Below are positions 56,101-64,000 of a DNA stretch of 64,000 nucleotides, in pieces; within the stretch, counting starts at the first letter, position 1; each line of letters opens with the position of its first letter. The DNA comes from Octopus sinensis. Lineage: Eukaryota. The DNA is taken from assembly GCF_006345805.1 (NCBI RefSeq), contig NC_043008.1:7936001-8000000 (forward strand), read 5' to 3'. The notes beneath the pieces are model-generated. The model searched no databases. It saw only the letters and a list, made by a program, of their open reading frames with translations, and was not told where the DNA came from. The position numbers were made by a program, and so were the translations under genes.

Positions 56101-57196
56101 GTATCTTTGTATGTATATGTATGTATCTAAATTCACATAATAATACAAACACGTACACATTCATGTATACGTATACATTCACATGCATATACAGGCAAGC
56201 ACACATGCACGCATACGACATACAGACACACACATATATATCTGGGAAAATATAAGCATTCATGAGCATAAATATGTATTTATATGCTGGCGCGTGACTA
56301 TGTGTACAGCAGTTTATCAGGTCTGCGTGCGCATAGGTGAATGTTATAAAGATCATGCTGAATTATTTCGCTGTCAATCATCTTTAAATTAATCATTTCA
56401 CCACTTATATTATCTTTATTATTATATTTTGATATTTTCACCCTTCAAAATCAGTGTATAACCTCCGCTATTAATTTTCAATATTCAAAATGCGGCAACT
56501 TCAGCAGATGAAATATATGTGGTTTTCTTATAATTCATGGAGCTATTATGATTTACGTCTTATTTTCTAAGGTGGGTGCTTCAATTCTTAGTACTTTTCT
56601 TGTAATATGTAGTTTTCCCTATCCTAAGAACTAGACACACAAACACACAGAAGCACACATGCACACATACTCTCTCTCTCTCTCTTTTTCATACAAAAAC
56701 ATATATACACATATGTGTGTGAGTGGGTGACTGTGTGGATAAAAATATTTGTGTATAAAATCTGAGGTCATGCAGAATGAAGGAACAGGCTGTTACTCCG
56801 ATGAAGACATGTCAAATTTGGAATTGAAGGCTATACCAAGCACCGAAGTTGTTCTCATTGCCTAGTCCCAATAATCTCGTCTTCTGCATCTTGAGTAAGG
56901 GTCCAGATCAGCAACAGCTTGCATTTCCACTGTTCAACATCCTAGCAAACAAACTCGGAGACCTTCGAGATGTAGATGGGCAGGACTTCAGTGAGCGTCT
57001 GTAATTTTTAAAAAAATGTGAATTACCTAATAAACCCCCACCACAGCATAAAGCACATAAGAAGAGAATCACCGTCGTACTTGCTACTTCACCAAAAAGA
57101 TCAGTATAGAAATGATTTCCAAATACACTGCAAGGCAGTGTTCCAAATTGGCCACAGACTTTGACTCAGATTAACTAAATGTAAAGCATGAAAGGC

Positions 57197-57239
<43 letters not shown>

Positions 57240-57271
57240 CGTGTGTGTGTGTGTGTGTGTATGTATATGCA

Positions 57272-57303
<32 letters not shown>

Positions 57304-57383
57304 AATATTAGGGAGTAAATCCCAATTTACAGAGTAAAATTAGATTTAGGTTTTATCTCTAATAGTGGTTTTATCTATAATTT
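57304..57383 (+). mobile_element. Internally deleted relative of the 25843..26092 element
   Basis: Head AATATTAGGGAGTAAATCCCAATTTACAG...AGATTTAGG joined directly to the tail TAATAGTGGTTTTATCTATAATT; no hammerhead. Confidence 0.7.
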
Positions 57384-57415
<32 letters not shown>

Positions 57416-57500
57416 ATAATATATAATATAATATATATATAATATATATATATACACACATACATATGTACAGATCTAGATAGATACATACATGCATAAG

Positions 57501-57594
<94 letters not shown>

Positions 57595-58535
57595 TTATAG
57601 AGAGTGCCGCAATCCAATCAAGATAGAGTACTTCTGAAAGCCTGTGAGTGCAGGCACTGATGTCACATTTTACAAGTTGTGCAAATTACTGGATAAATGC
57701 TAACAAGATATATACGGAGATACTGGTTGGAATTTCAGTTCCAAGATAATATTCTAATCAAGTATTTCTCTTCATCGACGCCTAACACTACATAACTAGA
57801 ATCTGACGTTACAATCAACGAACTTTTTTATGATAAGCGACTGAGAAACCCAGGCTGTGGATCTGGGAAACAACCTAAATTGATGTTTAACAAGGAAACA
57901 AAAACAGCAACTGCTTAGTATTCTAGTCATCATCAACCCAGATCAAAAGCAAGCATTTAAAAAATCGCTTTACTCTAAACGCTAAAGAACTAATGATTAT
58001 GAACGTATAGGATCCAATTTTAGCGCTATATGGTTTATGCTTTAAGGTTTTATTGGGGTCTTCCATTTTGTACCTTTATTTCCTAAATTATGCATTCAAT
58101 TTCGATTTTGTAATAAAACATACGCGATATTTGCGCTTTTAGTGGACGTACGTTCGCTATGCTATAAATTAGCTTGTTTTATTGCTTGGTATCCACAAAG
58201 TCAGTATGAGTGAAGAGGTTGATGATGTTACCAGAGGCAACTTGCCTACAGTTACGAGGCCGCGAAATAATTGTTGAACAACCTGAACAAAAGAGCACTT
58301 GTAATGTTTTTCTGCTGCCAAACATTTCCATCTTGCACATTTAGTAGAAGTTGCATGTATTGCTACATACAGGGTTTCGCCAAAATGATTTGGGTTTATA
58401 TAAAATCAAAATAAAGTAAAGAATGAAAAATGTATTTTTATTTAGGAAATGTACATATATATATTTATATATAATATATATATATATATATTATATATAT
58501 ATATATATATATAATATAATAATAATAATAATAAT

Positions 58536-58720
58536 AATATTCGGGAATAAATCCAAACTTACAGGGGAAAATTAGATTTAGGATTAAGTCCAATGTTATA
58601 GTATAAATATATTATATTATATTATATTATATTAAATTAGAGATAAAACCACTATTAGGCAAATCAAACAGTGAAAAACATGAGCCAATACATAAAATTA
58701 ATTTAAAAATATAAAAGTTA
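58536..58720. mobile_element. Rearranged relative of the 25843..26092 element (head sense, tail inverted)
   Basis: Head 58536..58606 on +, an (ATATT)n spacer, then the tail AATTAGAGATAAAACCACTATTAGGCAAATCAAAC in the opposite orientation. Confidence 0.7.
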
Positions 58721-58904
58721 AAAATAAAAAATTATTTAAATAATTTAAACTTATAAATTTTATATATATTTATGTATGTGTGTATATTTTTACATTTATA
58801 TATTATTTTATCTATTAACTTTTTTTTTTTCATTATTTATTATTTTTTTTTATATCAAAAGTATTAAAAGTTTAATAAAAGATAAAGAGTATATATATGT
58901 ATAT

Positions 58905-59560
58905 ATGTACATTTTGTTTCATTTGGGTTTTAAGAATTAAATCCGTCAAGTGGGTGATGTTACTGTCCACACACTGTCGAAGGCGTTCACAAAAGTTGTC
59001 AATAACTCGACGGGTGACTCATGTGGGTTGGCAGCAATTTCTTGATGTTCAACAGATCAAGAGCAATGAATGTATACCTCTGATTTCATGTGCCCCCACA
59101 AAAAAAACATCGTATGGGTTTAAATTAGGTGATTGGGCAGGCTAACCGATGTCACCGGGGAACATCTCCCTCAAAATCCTCATCACATATTGAGAAGTGT
59201 GGGCTGTTGCCTCATCCTGTTGAAACCAACGTTATCCCTCTCGTTAAGTTCATTCAATTTTGGTTTCAGAAAAATATCTCGCATCGCACAATATCGATCA
59301 GAGTTCACAATCACTTAACATTGTCTTCTTCGAAGAAGTAGAAACTCTAAATGCCGAATTCTCCTGCCACAGAATTTCCAGTAGGTACGGAATCATGTCC
59401 ACCTAGCCTTAAGTTAACACGGAACGCTGTTCGTGTTGCGGTTACGGATTCGTTGTTCTTGACAAACGTTTACACAATGAAAGCGCAAGGCTCGCGCGTC
59501 AAATACATGTTGGCTACTGAAAGTAAAAGGAATAAAGATGTTACAAATTGCACCTATTGA
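58905..59560 (-). mobile_element. Internally deleted Tc1/mariner transposon of the rosa (DD41D) / maT-like type
   Basis: AFIV*TFVKNNESVTATRTAFR...NSDRYCAMRDIFLKPKL...WFQQDEATAHTS...PAQSPNLNPYDVFLWGHMKSEVY...RRVIDNFCERLRQCV...HLTDLILK; possible terminal TACAGGGT at 58368. Confidence 0.88.
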
Positions 59561-60729
59561 AACAAAATGACATTATACATAGTTTTGGAAAAAAAGCTTT
59601 CTCTTTGTTTACTCAATTTCTCTTTCATTATCATAGGATTGTATTAGGGTGCTTACAATTTCAGGAAAGCAATTTGTGATTTGAAATTCAACATTTAGAG
59701 ATCTACCTTGATTTTAGACAATTAGAGATCTTCTTTGATATTTAGGATCGAAATGTTTGGTTAAAATTAAGCAGAAAAGTAAGATGATCCTGAGCACAAT
59801 GTCAGGAATATCGTTAAATGTGACGGAGTATCTTATGCTCCAGGACCAACCTCTGACATTCATGATTGATGCTGATTCTAACGAAGATGGGGTATTTTAT
59901 TTAGTTTTTGGTGCATGAAAATCCTACGACTATTGTATCTTAAAATAATCATTGGCTTTGTTTCTAAACTGAAAAAACTTATTTAATGGAGATAAATATT
60001 CCTTTCATAGGTGAAGTAGTTAAACCTCATGAAAACCATCACACAGTTTATCTTTGCTTACGTTTTAGCTTATTGTATAATATCATATGGATGCCTATTA
60101 CTAATGTCAATTGCATCACACTTTTCCTTGAGGTATGCTTTTATTACTGCATGCTTAAATGGCATATCTCTATGGTTGGAATAACGTGAGAGGAATGAAT
60201 CTGAGCACTTTTAAATTTTGAAAGGCTAACTACATCACAATCGCAATAGCATGAACTAGGTCTCTGCTGTCAATCACTATATTTCATTTTATGCATAGTG
60301 AATAAACGAGGTTCTGTCATGAATTTTCTTCATGGTAGGCACCAAAACCTAAAGAACTTGTTATAGTTTTATATTTGATTAAAACTAAAAGCATTTCAAT
60401 TTTTTTCTCCTTCATTTCCAAATTCAGCTGCATTATCTTTAAGCTTCTACCCCTGATCCTATATTTTTTTCCGTTTTGGTTAATTCAAAATATTATCTTT
60501 CCTTATTCTACATTTTTATGCTAATCCATCAGCAAGGAACGTTTTTTACAACCAAAACTATTATACTTGTAGAGACAAAACTTTAAAAATGTATAAAAGT
60601 TAATAACCATATTTTATTAAATCGAAAATCGAAAGTGAAATGGAAATAAATTTCATAAGATGAGTAAATTATATAAAAATGTATAGCGGAAATTCATATG
60701 AAGGTAAATGCCAATTAATTAAGGGTAGA

Positions 60730-61480
60730 TGAATTGAAATGGGCATAATTTTTGTTTTCCGCAATCGCACATATTACCCTCTATTATCCTCTATTCTTAT
60801 TTGATTAGTTATATTCTCTCTTTTATGTTTGTCTATGTTTTAATTTATTTACACTACGCCGACTTTTTACATTATGGATACCGCCCTACATTTCAGTTTT
60901 TGAGTACTTTGTATTAATTCCCTTGCAGCTAGACCTCTGGTTATTAGCTCTAGTTTCGTTATTTACTTTCCAAGTACTGCACTTTCTAATCTCATGTTTG
61001 GATTATTATCGTTGCTCCCCTTGTTTTATTTCCCTTATTTCAGTTATTTCTCATTTTGATATATCTGTTAATAACGCGTATTTCATTACTCTTTGATATC
61101 AAATTACTATTTATGTTCTCGTTATTTATAATACCATACTGATGCAACATATTTAATCTCTTCGATTTCTGTGCTACAATAAATTGTGCCAGGTGTCTAG
61201 TATTAGAAAATGCTATTCTAATTTTGTATTTATAGGAAATAATGTTATATTTATCATTATTTGGAAAATATTTTCCTACTGCTAAATACAATAATTTCGG
61301 AATGCTCGAAGTAATTTGCTTATCTAAGGGAATAATATACCATTCCGTATTATCAAATACATTATTCTTAGAGAATTTCTTGATGTTCTTATTAAAAGTA
61401 TTTATCCTATGTCTCTGGTTTTCATATTTGGTCTCTTTCTCCTCATATTTGCTTTTTTGGGATATGTGTATATATCTATA
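60730..61480 (-). mobile_element. Penelope-like element ORF remnant (RT thumb / linker up to the Cys motif before GIY-YIG)
   Basis: WYIIPLDKQITSSIPKLLYLAVGKYFPNNDKYNIISYKYKIRIAFSNTRHLAQFIVAQKSKRL resembles the PLE pattern WFNPPF...GK.FL.LI.KHFP...YSC..N...II..HNK; downstream MCDCGKQKLCPF resembles CNCR.K..CPL. Confidence 0.7.
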
Positions 61481-61660
61481 TATATTATATATATATATAT
61501 ATATATTTTATATTAAATCAAAATAAGGGTTAGAACAATTCATAGTTGTGCTAAATTCTTCTTGAGAACAATTCTTAGTGTTTGAGACCATTGCGGATCT
61601 ATTTTTAGCGTAAGAGCGTCCACATAGTGGATTCTCTCTCATATTTGCGTATTAATATAG

Positions 61661-61764
61661 GGAAGACGGAGGAAAACATTGCCAACGGTACACACGCGGT
61701 CACATTTTGAATATGAATATATATACATACATACATACATACATATATATATATATATTTTATA

Positions 61765-61815
<51 letters not shown>

Positions 61816-61869
61816 TATGTATGTATGTATGTATATATATTCATATTCAAAATGTGAATATGAATATAT

Positions 61870-61958
<89 letters not shown>

Positions 61959-62025
61959 GTATATATATTCATATTCAAAATGTGACCGCGTGTGTACCGT
62001 TGGCAATTTTTTTCCTCCGTCTTCC
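61661..62025. repeat. About 365-bp palindrome of unique arms plus mirrored microsatellites
   Basis: 61661..61745 is the near-perfect reverse complement of 61942..62025; an inner hairpin TATTCATATTC-aaaatgt-GAATATGAATA lies at about 61838..61867. Confidence 0.92.
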
Positions 62026-62050
62026 TTCTCTGGATCTTTCCTTTTCCTAT

Positions 62051-62085
62051 GTTTCTTACGAAGAGCTCCGCTCGAAACGTAAAAC
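62051..62085 (+). ncRNA. Minimal type I hammerhead-like motif with a core substitution (CTTACGA)
   Basis: GTTT / CTTACGA / A-GAGC-tcc-GCTC / GAAAC GTA / AAAC. Stem I 4 bp, stem II 4 bp, no stem III loop (ACGT palindrome), G5 replaced by T. Confidence 0.6.
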
Positions 62086-62178
62086 CTTCCTCTTTCTTTC
62101 TCTCCTGAGCGTCCAATAATACTATATTTGTTCCACGTCCTCGCGTGTTGTGTTTTGTTTTCATGTTTGGATAAACTT

Positions 62179-62209
<31 letters not shown>

Positions 62210-62274
62210 TATATATATAATATATATATATGCATAAATATATTATATATATATTTATTTTATTTATTTTATTT

Positions 62275-62318
62275 TATCTAGTTTCAGCTCACGAGCTGTG
62301 GCCATGCTGGGGCACCGC
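62275..62318 (-). mobile_element. Short SINE 3' terminal fragment
   Basis: TAGTTTCAGC...TGTGGCCATGCTGGGGCACCGCC is a reverse-complement variant of the family A tail. Confidence 0.65.
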
Positions 62319-62400
62319 CATATATAAAGATTTATATATATATAATATATATATAAAGAGAGAGAGAGAGAGAGAGAGAGAATATGCAATTATATACTGT

Positions 62401-62790
62401 ACTATCAGTATCCTCCGGCGTTGCTCGGGTTTGTAAGGGAAATAACTATATAATCATTTTTAGAGGTGTAAAGTATAATAGCCATCTCAATATGGCTAAC
62501 CACAAAGGGGAGGTGTTACTGTAGCTTTTTACGTTCTGAGATTTAATAATAAATGTTAGAGAGTTACTTCCCTTATATATGCCAAAAATGCATTAAAATG
62601 GGAAAAATTTATGGTAATTTTTTTTAAATCGTAGACTCATTGTAGACGCGCGCTAATACCCAGAAGGGCTTGATATGAATCACGACTATAAGATACCCGG
62701 TTTTGGTTAAACTGCACCGCAAAATGTGGCAGTAGTTAGGAATCTAAATCGTAGGAGACAGACAGCACACAACCTCACTTTTATATATAT
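62401..62790 (-). mobile_element. Non-autonomous Helitron, second subfamily
   Basis: 3' hairpin plus the following ~60 bp is nearly identical to 15492 (CCGGCGTTGCTCGGGTTTGTAAGGGAAATAACTATA); GACA-type tract and TTTTATATATA at the other end; terminal CTAG degraded. Confidence 0.75.
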
Positions 62791-63849
62791 TGTATGTAGT
62801 CACGTTATATTGGTTTATATTTAAGTATTTTTATAGGAAAATATACTTCGACTTTAACGTTACGTTCATCGATTTGTTCGGATCGAAACATTGTTATCGT
62901 TTGTTCATAGACGTATCTATATAATATATTAACTAGAGATTTAACTTAACAGTTACCAGATTGTCTTTGGAGTGAAAGCCATCGTATGTGTGTGTGACAG
63001 AGGGAGATAGTGTGAGGATCGTTTTTAAAAACTTATTTCAGTTTCAAAATATTAAAATTGATGATGGATTCCACATGTTCAAATTTCAGGAAGAAATAAG
63101 AATAGTTCAAAAGAATTAAAGAAGACTTCATTGTGTTTTACTCATAAGTTTGACAGGTAATGTAATAGTATATGAAAAATTGATTAAGAGAACAGTCGAA
63201 TATCCGACAAGCGAACATATAGTTAAACAAAAGAAAGCAAATTTTTTAATATGCTTGTCAAATAATTGAATTCCGTTTGCTTTTTATTATTATTATTAAA
63301 CTGAATTATAGCATATGGTTTAGTAATCAGTGTCATTAACATAAAAGCGGAAATATTTATGAATCATAAAATACAAACCACTTTATGATTTAGTTAACTT
63401 CATTTGAACAAAATCTTTTCAAAAATTTATCTAAATAGCAACCGACAGAATCATATCACTTTTGTGCTACAGATTGCATAATGCATAGAAGATATTTAAT
63501 TCGATACCGGAGTAAAATCACGGAATTCATTAATTCGCGAATTTTATATAGTTGAATTAAAGAGAACAGCTTCTTGGCCACCTCTCCTTTTAATAAATAT
63601 TTGAATTTCTTGTTGGGAAATCAAAGGACACTTTATTACGCACTTCGATTTCTTCCAATATACTTGTTTGTACTCGTTTTAACGCCCTATAAAAACCAAT
63701 TTTCTTCTAAATTCTTCTCCCGAAGTTTCTATATTGGAAAGAAAACACGAAATTATTATATTTACTATTATTTTTATTATTACTATTATTATTGTTGTTG
63801 TTGTTATTTTTGCTGCTGTTTTTGTTGTTTTTGTTTTTCTTCTTTTGAT

Positions 63850-64000
63850 TCGGGTTTTGTTGGAATGCTTGGAGCCTTGCCTGTGTAGAAGATTTGCTAC
63901 GGAATGAATCCACGCTGCACCGTAGTTTTGGGAAACCTCTTGTCCCCAGATGTTATTCCAAACTTGGCGGGTCTCACCTGCTTCAGGAGGTGTAATATAT
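63850..64000 (-). mobile_element. R4/Dong-type LINE fragment (upstream of RT), cut by the window edge
   Basis: PPEAGETRQVWNNIWGQEVSQNYGAAWIHSV resembles the R4/Dong pattern P..EE...FW..IW....HN..A.W; adjacent to (TTA)/(TTG)n. Confidence 0.65.

Overview
Eukaryotic, very AT-rich, microsatellite-dense DNA that reads as intergenic or intronic. The tRNA-derived SINE families look like those of octopod cephalopods (recognised from memory, not database-checked). I can support no intact protein-coding gene; most ORFs in the track are microsatellite read-throughs. The window holds: (i) many tRNA-derived SINE copies of about three families; (ii) a decayed autonomous Helitron (PIF1 helicase) and two short non-autonomous Helitrons; (iii) Tc1, mariner and rosa/maT-like transposase remnants; (iv) five R4/Dong-type LINE fragments, all next to (TAA)n; (v) Penelope-like element (PLE) remnants; and (vi) two heavily decayed class A GPCR-like pseudogene candidates plus a frameshifted Thr-rich mucin-like exon. 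The most notable signal is three unrelated short PLE-type repeats (about 16.5-17.1, 25.8-26.1 and 61.7-62.2 kb). Each sits in (AT)n tracts and carries a minimal type I hammerhead ribozyme motif, and two form long near-perfect palindromes. The 25.9 kb motif has an intact catalytic core. Hammerheads in PLEs are established; whether these particular families are described or active cannot be judged here. All alignments and translations were done by eye, so coordinates may be off by a few bases.
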